36,604 nt of DNA from Candidatus Bipolaricaulota bacterium (GTDB taxonomy: Bacteria > Bipolaricaulota > Bipolaricaulia > UBA7950 > UBA9294): positions 1 to 36,604 of the forward strand of contig RXOA01000119.1 of the NCBI GenBank assembly GCA_003979035.1. The letters run 5' to 3'. Position 1 is the stretch's first letter. Every line of letters starts with the position of its first letter. Made by a program: the position numbers and the translations under genes. Shown here in pieces: positions 1 through 9,622 of the stretch. The notes below the pieces were generated by a model, which was not told the DNA's origin, searched no databases, and worked only from the letters and a program-made list of their open reading frames with translations.

Positions 1-1
1 C

Positions 2-1219
2 TACCGGAAGCGGCATCACCTGGATTGGGAAGAAGAAGGCATGGCCGTTCTCGTCCAAAACATGATCGGGAGTTCGTACAGCCACGGATGGTTCTACCCT
101 CTTGTCGGCGGCGTCGCGTTTTCCCGCAATTTCTACCCCTGGAGTTCCCGCCTCTCTCCGGAAGACGGAATCGTGCGTCTTGTCGTCGGAACGGGCACGC
201 GCGCCGTAGGACGAGAGTACGCGCGCGTTTTCTCTCCGCGGCTTCCCGGATTGAGACCGGAAGGAATTGATGCCGCAGCCATTGTTCGCTACTCGCAAGA
301 GACAGTGGACGTGCTCGACATCGCCGGCCAAGGGCTTGTGCAACGACAGCTCAACCAGCTCGACAACCCCCTCCTCACGAAGATTTGCTCGATCGTTCAC
401 GGCGACGGAACAGTCTCCGAGCCGTTCGCCCCGGTCGCCGTGCTCTCCGGCGAGCAACGGCTGGTGGCATCCTTCTCACGCCTGATCGAGGGGGTGTCTC
501 TTATGCCGTTCGGCCCTCTGATTCGCCAGCTTCTCGACGGCTTGGAGAGACTGTTTCAACTTCCGGTTGATGTCGAGTTCGCTTTGGATTTCTCAAGCCC
601 GCAGGCTTCGGAAGCAGGTTCGCCGCTGTTCTTCCTACTCCAGGCTCGACCGCTGGGCGGCCGCCCCGAACACAGTCGCATCACGCTCCCGGATGCGACC
701 GAGAGCCGCATTCTTCTTGACTGCCACCAGGTTCTCGGGAATGGCGTCTGCAAAGGGCTTCGCCACCTTGTGCTCGTCGATCCAGCGGCGTATCGATGGG
801 ACCAAGCGCACACCATCGCTCGCACCATCGGTAGGATCAACGATGAAATCGACGACGACCCGTACATCCTCATCGGCCCGGGACGCTGGGCTTCGTCCAA
901 CCCTCAGCTCGGCGTGCCCGTCCAATACAGTGAAATCTCCGGCGCCACTGCGATCGTCGAAATGGCCACCGAAGCGTTTGCACCGGAGCTTTCCTACGGG
1001 ACCCATTTCTATGCGGACATGGTCGCAAGTGGCGTGCTCTATTTGCCGTTCCACGAAGGGGCGGGAGATGTCTTCCGGAAGGCGTTGCTCCCCGAAGAAG
1101 CGATCGCCTATCAAGACGAGTATGTGACTCACTACGTCATCGGGACCGGTGTCGACGTGTACGTCGATGGTGCAAGCGGCCGCGGTCTGATCCAGTTTCG
1201 CCAACCCATCGACGACTAG
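2..1219 (+). CDS. PEP/pyruvate-binding (PPDK N-terminal-like) domain protein, 5' end outside the window
   Basis: Frame is open from base 2 (YRKRHHLDWEEEGMAVLVQ). Motifs EEGMAVLVQ, GGVAFSRNFYPW, PVDVEFA, LLQARP, LIGPGRW and ELSYGTHF are typical of this family. No His phosphocarrier domain at the C-terminus. Confidence 0.8.
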   Translation, partial: YRKRHHLDWEEEGMAVLVQNMIGSSYSHGWFYPLVGGVAFSRNFYPWSSRLSPEDGIVRLVVGTGTRAVGREYARVFSPRLPGLRPEGIDAAAIVRYSQETVDVLDIAGQGLVQRQLNQLDNPLLTKICSIVHGDGTVSEPFAPVAVLSGEQRLVASFSRLIEGVSLMPFGPLIRQLLDGLERLFQLPVDVEFALDFSSPQASEAGSPLFFLLQARPLGGRPEHSRITLPDATESRILLDCHQVLGNGVCKGLRHLVLVDPAAYRWDQAHTIARTIGRINDEIDDDPYILIGPGRWASSNPQLGVPVQYSEISGATAIVEMATEAFAPELSYGTHFYADMVASGVLYLPFHEGAGDVFRKALLPEEAIAYQDEYVTHYVIGTGVDVYVDGASGRGLIQFRQPIDD

Positions 1220-1426
1220 GAAGCCAACGCTCGAAACAGCTGCCCACCCCCTCAAGAGAGCCGAAACCGCCGGGAAGGGGAAAAGGGTCTCACGAATGCG
1301 GACGTTGGCCTCTCGCCACCCGGGGATGCATCAGACCTCCGATGTGCAGAACCGTCCCATGCGAGAACCGCAGAAGACGTCCTCCCGAAAATCATCGGTC
1401 CACACGGACTACGAAGATCGTTCCTC

Positions 1427-1461
1427 CGCTTCCGGCGCACGGTACACGGCCGCCGGAAGCG
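1427..1461. repeat. 11-bp perfect inverted repeat (possible hairpin)
   Basis: CGCTTCCGGCG (1427-1437) and CGCCGGAAGCG (1451-1461), 13-nt loop, no U-tract. Confidence 0.55.
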
Positions 1462-1611
1462 TGAGACGTTCTTGTGTCGCCGGGCCGACGCACTTGGCGG
1501 ATTGCGCTCTCCCAGCACCGAGAGACGGCTCGATTCCCGCGAACCGTCGGCCTGGGTGGACGGGCTTGCCAAAAGGAACCGAAGGGCCTCCCAGGAGGCC
1601 GTAGCCTGCCG

Positions 1612-2250
1612 TCACATCGCGGCCCACGAGCTTCTGCGGGGAGCGTTGAAAAGAGAAGCCCAAACGCGCACACCTCCACACAGCAGGGAGACGACACCAC
1701 CGAGCCGCAAGGCCCCTTCCGCAGGCAATGAGTCACCGTTGTCCCTGAGCGCGAGGCAGGCCTCCTTCCGACGATATGCCGCCCAAACCGTGTGGTTGAG
1801 TCGGAGCCTCGGGATACGTCGGGATTTCCCTTCTGCCACGGTGACGAGGAGATGGCTCCTGAGATCTGCCACGTCGGCAGCAAGGCCGGACCACAGAAAG
1901 GGCGTGGCGCACCCCGACGATTTCCCGGGCGAGCAGGTCAAGCCTGTTTCCGGCGTGGCGTTCTGCGCCTTTCGGCGCTGATGGAGAGCCAGGGCCACCG
2001 GCTTCCTGCTGTTCAAGCGTCATGCTCAAGAGGCCGCCGGCAATCTGCTTCACGTCCATTCGCAAATCTCCGCCCCCCCCCGATCGTCCCTCAACCCCCC
2101 GCCATGAGTCCGATCGGGAAACATCCCACTTCGAGTGCTTGCTCCGCAACATCCTTCATCGCGAACTGCAGGCAAAAGACCACATCGTCGATCAATCGGC
2201 GGATACATCGTCTGGGCTCCGTGTGACTCTCGTTTCCCGCTTGAAACGCT
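1612..2250 (-). pseudogene. Possible decayed minus-strand gene remnant(s), family unknown
   Basis: Protein-like stretches in different minus frames (IRRLIDDVVFCLQFAMKDVAEQALEVG; MDVKQIAGGLLSMTLEQQ...RLDLLAREIVGVRHALSVV; LAADVADLRSHLLVTVAEGK) with no single continuous ORF. Confidence 0.25.
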
Positions 2251-2580
2251 GATCGGCCCCGGGAGTCTTGCGGACGATTTCGCTGCGCCGAGCGATGAAC
2301 AGCGTCGAGGCCTCTCCCGAATCCTTGAGCGAACGCTTGGCCGTCTGAGAACGCTGCCGGAAGGTGTTCCTCGCGGTTCCGCGGTGCGCGGTTCGCCCAA
2401 TCCGATTCCCCGCCCCATCGAACCCAACCGCTGACGGACGCTCACCGCCAGCTTCCACTGGCGTCTGAAGATCATCTCCCGACTGACCAGAGTGGCTGGT
2501 TTGGATCTGGAGACCGGGGTCTGCATCAACCCGGTGCCGCCGAACCCCGACCCGGCATCGGCCGGGCCGCGGCCCGGGTG

Positions 2581-2616
2581 ACAAAGCGAAGACGCCCGCG
2601 CAGCAGGCGTCTTCGC
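2581..2616 (-). terminator. Likely intrinsic terminator of the sugar operon
   Basis: 11-bp stem GCGAAGACGCC (2586-2596) / GGCGTCTTCGC (2606-2616), followed on the minus strand by TTTGT, about 30 nt after the pfk stop. Confidence 0.65.
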
Positions 2617-2645
2617 CGGAATCCCAACATCTCACAGGGAGCGTT

Positions 2646-3671
2646 TCACTCGAAAAGCTCGAGGAGATAGCGTAGACCTTCCTTGACCGGACGAGGAGCC
2701 CTCAACGCATCTTCAAGCGCCACCGGAACAATGGCAGTGGCTTGGAGCGCAGTCATCACGTCGAACTGCCCGTCCTCTGCGAACTCGATCGCCGCTGCAC
2801 CGAACCGGCTCGCGAGGATCCGGTCAAACGGAGCGGGACTACCTCCTCGCTGCAGATAGGCAAGGTTGGTGACTCGAACCGGCATTTGCATCCGCTCCGA
2901 GAGGCGGTTGGCCACATACTGTCCGACGCCGCCAAGCCGCGCATGTCCGAACGCATCCACCTCCGCCTCGGCGACGACTTGACCGTGCGCGCTTGCCGGG
3001 ACAGCCCCTTCGGCAATGATGACGATGCTGAACCGTTTCTTAAGCCTCTCGCGTCGCTGGATCTTCGCGTAGACCGCGTCCATATCGAATTGGATCTCCG
3101 GAATGAGAATGACATCGGCGCCTCCGGCAATCCCGCCGTAGAGACTGAGCCAACCCGCATCACGACCCATGACTTCCAGGATCAGCACCCGATGGTGAGA
3201 TGCCGCCGTCGTGTGAAGCCGATCGAGCGCTTCGGAGACGACCTCAATCGCGGACCAGAAACCAAGAGAGTAATCGGTGAGGGCAATATCGTTGTCAATT
3301 GTCTGCGGAATGCCGATCGCCTCGACCCCATAAGGGGCCAAGCGATGCGCCACCCCCATCGTGTCGTCGCCGCCAATCGCAATCAAGAAATCGATCCCGT
3401 TCACGTCAAGCGTCTCCACGACCTGCTCCGGGCCGCCGTCAACGCGGAACGGATTCGTCCGCGAACTGCCGAGGATGGTTCCGCCAATGTGGAGAAGCCC
3501 CGACACATCGGCGACGGTCAGCGGCTGAACGAGGTTTTGCATCGGGCCTTTCCAGCCTTCGAGGAACCCCATCACCTCAATGCCCCGTTTCGCCCCGAAA
3601 CGCACAATCGAACGAAGCGCTGCATTGATCCCCGGGGAATCTCCTCCGCCCGTCAGTACACCAGCTCGCAT
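2646..3671 (-). CDS. pfkA: 6-phosphofructokinase, PfkA family (probably PPi-dependent; atypical motif)
   Basis: VLTGGGDSPGINA, GGTILGSSRTNP, IGGDDT, PQTIDND, EVMGRDAGW, QRGGSP; 341 aa. Confidence 0.92.
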   Translation of the reverse strand: MRAGVLTGGGDSPGINAALRSIVRFGAKRGIEVMGFLEGWKGPMQNLVQPLTVADVSGLLHIGGTILGSSRTNPFRVDGGPEQVVETLDVNGIDFLIAIGGDDTMGVAHRLAPYGVEAIGIPQTIDNDIALTDYSLGFWSAIEVVSEALDRLHTTAASHHRVLILEVMGRDAGWLSLYGGIAGGADVILIPEIQFDMDAVYAKIQRRERLKKRFSIVIIAEGAVPASAHGQVVAEAEVDAFGHARLGGVGQYVANRLSERMQMPVRVTNLAYLQRGGSPAPFDRILASRFGAAAIEFAEDGQFDVMTALQATAIVPVALEDALRAPRPVKEGLRYLLELFE

Positions 3672-3683
3672 CGTATCGCCCTC

Positions 3684-4676
3684 CTAGCCGTTCAGGGCCT
3701 GCCCGCCGCTTCCTGCCTGCTCCAGAAGCGCGCATGCAATCCGGCTGACGCCTTCCTGCACTGCTTTTCCGACCGCGCGCGGATCGAACGCCTTCTTGCT
3801 CGGACTCCACTCGCTCCCTGAGAATAAGTTGATGACATCGTCCTCGACGCCGGCCGGCGGCAGAATTTCGTGCTGGTGTTCGAGGTAGAACCGGCACGCG
3901 GCGCGACCATAGCCGTACTGGTAGTGTGTGTCCTTGTTCAGCTTCCGGATGCCGAAACGGATGACATCGTGGACCTGGTCCGCAAGGAGCCCTGACGAGC
4001 CGTGCAACACGAGTGGCACAAACATTCCCTCTTCGGCGAACCGATCCCGAATCGCGCCGGCAATATCCGTCCGCAGTTCAATGTTCCTTCCCTTGGAAAC
4101 CCCGTGCTGCGTTCCAATCGAAATCGCCAACAAGTCGGCGCCGGTGTCACGAATGAACTCCACCGCTTCTGCGGGATCCGTATAGAACGCTTCATCCGAC
4201 TGGATTTCGTCCTCAACGCCCTTAATCTTGCCGAGTTCCGCTTCGATCAGGATGCCGCTGCCGGACGCCAACTGCACGACGTCTCGACTGATGCGAACGT
4301 TCTCGTCAAAGCTTTCCTTCGAGGCATCGATCATGATGGAGGAAACCAGCCGTTCGTCGATCACCATCTCGATCAGGTCCATCTCGTCGTGTGTGAAATG
4401 GTCGAGATTGATGAACACGTTGATCGGAAACGCTTCCGCAAGCTCGTGCACAATCCCGCACAGTGTCCGCAGTCCGACGCGTTTGTCGCCGCTCCCCATG
4501 TACTTCGCCGCCCCGGGGCTGATCTGGACGACCAGATCCGATGTGGCATCGGCGTAGGTCTTCAGCAACGCAAGCAAGATCGTCGGCTCCGCGATATTGT
4601 TGGCCATGAACGCGAAGCCGTTCTTCTCCGCCTTCCGATACGCTTCGCGCAGGCTATCTCCTCCGGCAAATGGCAT
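3684..4676 (-). CDS. fba: Class II fructose-bisphosphate aldolase
   Basis: NLDH, IMIDAS, EAELG, GTQHG, LVLHGSSG, FDPR. Start placed at ATG 4676 (MPFAGG), preceded by GGAGGT; the upstream ATG 4718 lacks a comparable RBS. Confidence 0.9.
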   Translation of the reverse strand: MPFAGGDSLREAYRKAEKNGFAFMANNIAEPTILLALLKTYADATSDLVVQISPGAAKYMGSGDKRVGLRTLCGIVHELAEAFPINVFINLDHFTHDEMDLIEMVIDERLVSSIMIDASKESFDENVRISRDVVQLASGSGILIEAELGKIKGVEDEIQSDEAFYTDPAEAVEFIRDTGADLLAISIGTQHGVSKGRNIELRTDIAGAIRDRFAEEGMFVPLVLHGSSGLLADQVHDVIRFGIRKLNKDTHYQYGYGRAACRFYLEHQHEILPPAGVEDDVINLFSGSEWSPSKKAFDPRAVGKAVQEGVSRIACALLEQAGSGGQALNG

Positions 4677-4890
4677 CCCCCACCTCCGTGCGAAGATCCG
4701 GCCCTCCGCGCTGCTCATTCGAACAGCGGCAGTCTCCCGGACCCGTTCGCCATCCTCTCATCTCTCGAATGCGCCGATTCTTCCCGTACCCGCCGCGGCA
4801 GCCCAAGGTGCTCCGGCACAGGCGTGTCCTTACGCCATCCAACCGTGAATCGGACATCGTTGTCCTGTTCAATGAACGATCTGCCCTTGA

Positions 4891-5553
4891 TCATATCCAA
4901 CCGAGGTGCGAATCGTAGTCACTGACCAACAACCATCGGGGAGGCTCGTCTTCTTCGATGGTGGGGAAGCGCTTGGTATCTCCGACGAACTGGTTGTCGC
5001 CGACATCATCGTTGAACGTCGAGACTTCTCCCCCAATGACATCGCCTCCTTGGGCGCGGAAAGCATGGAACACTCCCGGCACGAGCGTCACGCTCTCGCC
5101 AGGACCAAGCATTAGCTCGCTACCCGAGGTCAGCACCTGCTTCATTCCATTGATGCAGAGTTGGATCTCGGAGGCGCCATCGGGGAACGCGCCAAGCGTC
5201 ACGATCAGCACACCCCCGCCACGATTGATGATGTCTTCAGTCTTGGCGTAGTGGGCGTGCAAAGGGGTACGTTGATCGCAACGAATCAGCATCAGCTTCT
5301 CCGCATACCCGGACGTGCCTATCCGTTTCATGTTGCGCAAGGTGAGAAGCACCAGTCCATCGGTGCGAAACCGACCCTTCCTCCATTCCGCCACGTCCCA
5401 TCCAAGGCGGGATTGCACAATCGGCAGCGCGGCCCGGCCCTGGTGCTCCCATTCCTCGCGGGACCAATCGGCAAATGGCGGCAACGCGATTCCCCTCGTC
5501 GCGAACAGGCACACTGTCTCCTCGATGATCGCATTGATTTGGGAGCGTCTCAT
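4891..5553 (-). CDS. D-lyxose/D-mannose ketol-isomerase family (cupin)
   Basis: MRRSQINAII start, LPPFA, LGWD, YAEK, TPLHAHYAKTEDIINRGGG, GEVSTFNDD, RFPTIEEDE. GGAGG upstream of ATG 5553. Confidence 0.9.
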   Translation of the reverse strand: MRRSQINAIIEETVCLFATRGIALPPFADWSREEWEHQGRAALPIVQSRLGWDVAEWRKGRFRTDGLVLLTLRNMKRIGTSGYAEKLMLIRCDQRTPLHAHYAKTEDIINRGGGVLIVTLGAFPDGASEIQLCINGMKQVLTSGSELMLGPGESVTLVPGVFHAFRAQGGDVIGGEVSTFNDDVGDNQFVGDTKRFPTIEEDEPPRWLLVSDYDSHLGWI

Positions 5554-5633
5554 TCTCGAAGGCTGCCTCCAACAGATGCAGACAGCGTACCGCGTACACA
5601 TCGCCGACGCCAGTTCGTCGCAAACCGGACAGG

Positions 5634-7142
5634 TCAGTAGGATTCCGCGTAGCGGCTCAACTCATGGCTGATGTGTCGCAATGCTGGATACAGCTCTTTG
5701 TACAATGAGAAGACTTGCTCGTACCGCCCCGTTGATTCACGCTCGGGTTCGATCCTTCCTTTGACCTTGATGGTAGCGGAACAAGCCTCATCCACGGAGG
5801 CCCAGATCCCGGCGCCGACGCCGGCAAGGAGTGCCGTCCCGTAGGCCGCACCTTCCAACGTGTTGACAAGCACGAGCTCTCTTCCCAGCACGTCGGACAG
5901 AATCTGTCTCCAGCAAGAGCTTCGCGCGCCCCCACCCGAGATGCGAATCTCGCACGTCTTGTCCACGCCGGCGGCCGACAGCAGTTCCAGTCCTTCACGG
6001 AGACCGAAGCTGACACCCTCCAAGACGGCCCGTGCAAGCGCGGCGCGATCGTGCCGAACCGTCAGGCCGACAAATGCTCCGCGAGCCCGTGCATCGGCGT
6101 ACGGGGTTCTCTCCCCGGTCAAGTAGGGAAGAAACAGCAGTCCGTTGCTTCCGACGGGAACGTGGGATGCCTCGCGCGTCAGGACGTCGAAGCTTTCGGT
6201 CGGAACCAACTCATCACGGAACCAGCGGAGACTGCCGGCGGCAGACAGCATCACGCCCATGAGATGCCAGCGACCGGGCACAGCGTGACAGAACGCATGC
6301 AGGCGTCCTCCCGGCTCAACGATTGGCCGATCCGTTGGAGCGAAGACAACGCCGGATGTCCCAAGCGTCATCGCCAATGTGCCCGCATGCGACGCACCGA
6401 CACCAATCGCCTGAGCCGCCTGGTCTCCGGCGCCCGCGAAGACGGGAGTTCCTGCAGGAATCCCGGTCCACTTAGCGGCTTCCGGCGTGATGTGACCAGT
6501 CACCTCCGGTCCCTCGTGTGTCGGGGGAAGCCATGATTTCTCGATTCCGAACGCGCCCAGGATCGCCGTCGCCCAGTCCCGCTTGGCAATGTCCAGAATC
6601 AAGGTGCCTGAAGCGCCAGCGCGGTCGGTGGCGAATCGTCCCGTAAGCCGGAATCGCACGTAGTCTTTAGGGAGCAGGATCTGAGCAATCCGCGCATACG
6701 CATCTGGTTCGTTCTCCTTCACCCAAAGCAGCTTGGGCAGCGTGAACCCCGCCATTGCGTCGTTGCCCGTCAGCGCGAGCAGTTCGCTCCTTCCGAACAC
6801 ATCACGGATCTCGTCGCACTGCTCCTCGGTCCGCTGATCGTTCCAGAGGATTGCCGGCCGTACAACACGATGAGACTTGTCCAGCAACGTGAGCCCGTGC
6901 ATCTGCCCGGTCAAACCTACGCCGATAATGTCCCGGCCGTCGATGGCCGCTTCCGTCAGGACACGGCGCATGCTACGCCACGTTCCGTTCCACCAGTCGT
7001 CTGGATTCTGCTCAACCCACAGTGGCCGTGGCATATCCCACGAGTGCTGGGTCAGAGCGGATCCGACGACATGGCCGCGCTCGTCAACCACGATCGCCTT
7101 GACCCCGGTGGTAGAGACGTCAATACCAACCACGTAGCTCAT
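5634..7142 (-). CDS. xylB: Xylulokinase (FGGY family)
   Basis: GIDVSTTGVK, LTGQMHG, RPAILWND, LLPKDY, GDQAA, LGTSGV, PYLTGERTP; adjacent to xylA. Confidence 0.93.
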   Translation of the reverse strand: MSYVVGIDVSTTGVKAIVVDERGHVVGSALTQHSWDMPRPLWVEQNPDDWWNGTWRSMRRVLTEAAIDGRDIIGVGLTGQMHGLTLLDKSHRVVRPAILWNDQRTEEQCDEIRDVFGRSELLALTGNDAMAGFTLPKLLWVKENEPDAYARIAQILLPKDYVRFRLTGRFATDRAGASGTLILDIAKRDWATAILGAFGIEKSWLPPTHEGPEVTGHITPEAAKWTGIPAGTPVFAGAGDQAAQAIGVGASHAGTLAMTLGTSGVVFAPTDRPIVEPGGRLHAFCHAVPGRWHLMGVMLSAAGSLRWFRDELVPTESFDVLTREASHVPVGSNGLLFLPYLTGERTPYADARARGAFVGLTVRHDRAALARAVLEGVSFGLREGLELLSAAGVDKTCEIRISGGGARSSCWRQILSDVLGRELVLVNTLEGAAYGTALLAGVGAGIWASVDEACSATIKVKGRIEPERESTGRYEQVFSLYKELYPALRHISHELSRYAESY

Positions 7143-7174
7143 TCGCCGTTCCCCTTTCCTTCTTGTCCAGATGA

Positions 7175-8344
7175 CTACCGAACTCCAAGAAGCAGTTCCA
7201 CGACCAACTGATCCAACTCCTCGTACGGCTGTCCCCGCAGGGCAAGGGCTGCACGATCGAAGCTGTGTTGCTTCAGACTCTCCGCCTTCTCGTCGGAATA
7301 TGTTCCCGTCCAGCGGGTGGTGTTTCCGTCATCCTCCGTGATCCGCGCAAGCAACGCCTGGATTCGCGTGTCGTCACGGAACGCGTCCGCTTTCTCCTTG
7401 AGGATCAGATAGGTCCGCATGCAACCCCGCGCAAACGCGCGCACGTCTTCAGCATCGGAGGTGCGCAGCGCGTGCGCGTCGAAGTGACGAGATCCGGAGT
7501 AACCCACGTCCTCCAGGAACTTCACCAAGAAGAACGCCTGCTTGACACTGTGGCAACCAAATCTCCAATCCTGATCGTAGCGTGGGCCATTTTGATCGTT
7601 GAGATCAATGTGGAACAGCTTCCCCGCATCCCAGGCTTGAGCGACAGCATGCATGAAATTCAGTCCCGCCATCTGCTCGTGCGCCACTTCCGGATTGACG
7701 CCAACCATCTCCGGATGGTCCAACGTAGAGATAAACCCGAGCATCGCGCCGGTCGTGGGGAGGTACAGGTCCCCTCGTGGTTCGTTCGGCTTGGCCTCGA
7801 GCGCGAAATTCATCCCGTACCCATGGCTGATGTTGTACTCGCATAGGAAGTTCAGGGCTTCTCGGAACCATCGCGATGCATCAAGCGGGTTCTTCCCTGC
7901 ATCCGTTTCCGTTCCCTCTCGTCCGCCCCAGAAGACGTAAACCTTGGCGCCAAGCTCAGCGCCGAGGTCTATCCCTCGCATTGCCTTCTGCAGCGCGTAG
8001 GCACGAACCTTCGGATCGTTGCTGGTGAACGCCCCATCTCGAAACACAGACTCGCTGTACAGGTCTGTCGTGGCCATCGGCACGCAGAGTCCTGTGTCTT
8101 CGAGCGCCCTCTTGAACGACGACACAATGCGCTCTCTCTCGCCGGATGTCGCGTCAATCGGGACAAGATCATTGTCGTGGAAGTTGACGCCGTATGCGCC
8201 AACATCGGCGAGCAGATGCACGATCTCAACTGGTGACAGCGCATCGCGCACGGGCTTCCCGAATGGATCTCTCCCCGTGTTTCCCACGGTCCACAAACCG
8301 AACGTGAACTTATGTTCCGGTCGCGGTTGATACCTGTCTGCCAT
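7175..8344 (-). CDS. xylA: Xylose isomerase, short class I (Streptomyces/Thermus-like) type
   Basis: [60 protein letters not shown] before ATG 8344. Confidence 0.95.
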   Translation of the reverse strand: MADRYQPRPEHKFTFGLWTVGNTGRDPFGKPVRDALSPVEIVHLLADVGAYGVNFHDNDLVPIDATSGERERIVSSFKRALEDTGLCVPMATTDLYSESVFRDGAFTSNDPKVRAYALQKAMRGIDLGAELGAKVYVFWGGREGTETDAGKNPLDASRWFREALNFLCEYNISHGYGMNFALEAKPNEPRGDLYLPTTGAMLGFISTLDHPEMVGVNPEVAHEQMAGLNFMHAVAQAWDAGKLFHIDLNDQNGPRYDQDWRFGCHSVKQAFFLVKFLEDVGYSGSRHFDAHALRTSDAEDVRAFARGCMRTYLILKEKADAFRDDTRIQALLARITEDDGNTTRWTGTYSDEKAESLKQHSFDRAALALRGQPYEELDQLVVELLLGVR

Positions 8345-8369
8345 GAGCATTCTCCTTGGTTGATTTCGG

Positions 8370-9566
8370 TTAGTACTGAATCGAGACTCGCTCGCCGCCG
8401 ACTGAAGAGGCGAGAATCGCGTCGCAAATCACTGCGCACTTGTAGCCGTCTTCGAAGGTGGCACCATACGGAGCCACGTCGGTATCGTTGGCGATCGAAT
8501 CCAACAGGTGATGGAGCGTATGGATGTGAGCATGCTCCCAGCCCAAATTGTGCCCGTGCGCCCACCACGCACTCATGTATGGGTGATTGCTTTCGGTGAC
8601 CGATACCGTACGGAATCCTTGTCCTTGCCCACGCTTGACATCGCAGATCTCCAATTCGTTCAGCCGCTCCAGGTTGAACCGCAGCGAACGCTTCGCGCCG
8701 TTGATCTCGAACGTGAGCCCGTTCTTGTGCCCACCGGCAAACCGTGTGGCTTCGTAGGTACCGATCGCGCCGTTCTCGAACCGAACAATCGCCTCGAATG
8801 CGTCATCAACATCCACAGGGACCACTTCTCCACCGCCGGGCTTGGTCCGCTGCTTGATGAATGTTTCCGTCGTGGCTGAAAGAGAAGCGGGCTCTCCGAC
8901 AAGGAATCGACTGAGATCGATGATGTGCGCCCCCAGATCACCGAGCGCACCCGACCCCGACACATCTCTGCTCAACCTCCAGACCCAAGGGAACCCCGGA
9001 TCCATGATCCATTCCTGAAGGTAGCGCGCGCGGAAGTGGTAGATTTCGCCGACTTCGCCGGCGTCGATCAATTCCTTCGCCAATCGCACCGCCGGGACGA
9101 ATCGATAGTTGAAGCTGCACAGGTGCTTCACGCCTGCGTCGCGAACCGCATTCCACATCCGCTTTGCTTCGCCAGCCGACCGCGCGAGCGGCTTCTCGCA
9201 TAGCACATGCTTGCCGGCCTTCGCAGCCTCGATACACGGCTCGGCGTGGAGGTTGTTGGGACCGCAGTTGTCAAGAAGCTCGATGGCCGGGTCGGCAATC
9301 AGCACGCGCCAGTCGCTTGTTGCTCGCCCATACTCGTACCGTCGTGCCGCTTCTTCCGCTGCTTCCTGTGGGACACCGCAAATACCGACAAGTTTCGCCT
9401 TCGCCGCCGGCGGCCAGAAGATGTACGGAATCTTTTTGTACGCGTTGGTGTGGGCCTTTCCCATGAACCCATACCCCAGCATTCCTACACCAATCTCCCT
9501 CCAGGAAGCATCTGACGCACCTGTTCCCTTCGAAAGGCTAACAAAGCCCACTTCCTTCTCTGTCAT
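8370..9566 (-). CDS. Gfo/Idh/MocA NAD-dependent sugar oxidoreductase (levoglucosan-dehydrogenase-like subfamily)
   Basis: [53 protein letters not shown] before ATG 9566. Confidence 0.9.
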   Translation of the reverse strand: MTEKEVGFVSLSKGTGASDASWREIGVGMLGYGFMGKAHTNAYKKIPYIFWPPAAKAKLVGICGVPQEAAEEAARRYEYGRATSDWRVLIADPAIELLDNCGPNNLHAEPCIEAAKAGKHVLCEKPLARSAGEAKRMWNAVRDAGVKHLCSFNYRFVPAVRLAKELIDAGEVGEIYHFRARYLQEWIMDPGFPWVWRLSRDVSGSGALGDLGAHIIDLSRFLVGEPASLSATTETFIKQRTKPGGGEVVPVDVDDAFEAIVRFENGAIGTYEATRFAGGHKNGLTFEINGAKRSLRFNLERLNELEICDVKRGQGQGFRTVSVTESNHPYMSAWWAHGHNLGWEHAHIHTLHHLLDSIANDTDVAPYGATFEDGYKCAVICDAILASSVGGERVSIQY

Positions 9567-9578
9567 GACACCTCCGGG

Positions 9579-9611
9579 AAACCGGTGCTGGGATAGAGCT
9601 CCCAGCACCGG
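9579..9611 (-). terminator. Intra-operon hairpin (weak terminator or mRNA stabiliser)
   Basis: 12-bp perfect stem CCGGTGCTGGGA (9582-9593) / TCCCAGCACCGG (9600-9611), followed on the minus strand by TTT. Confidence 0.65.
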
Positions 9612-9622
9612 CCGATTCGCTA

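Noticed and set aside
1720-1900. DVADLRSHLLVTVAEGKSRRIP resembles a tyrosine-recombinase beta-hairpin
   Set aside because: No catalytic Arg, HxxR or Tyr motifs in flanking frames and no att-like repeats; too short to call an integrase.
4677-4718. Longer N-termini given by the ORF track (fba 4718, isomerase 5601, Gfo 9608 and 11861, binding protein 15573, LacI 16678, ATPase 19378, tkt 19568, DUF502 26168)
   Set aside because: Downstream starts have ribosome-binding sites and match family N-termini; several extensions run through hairpins, operators or promoters.
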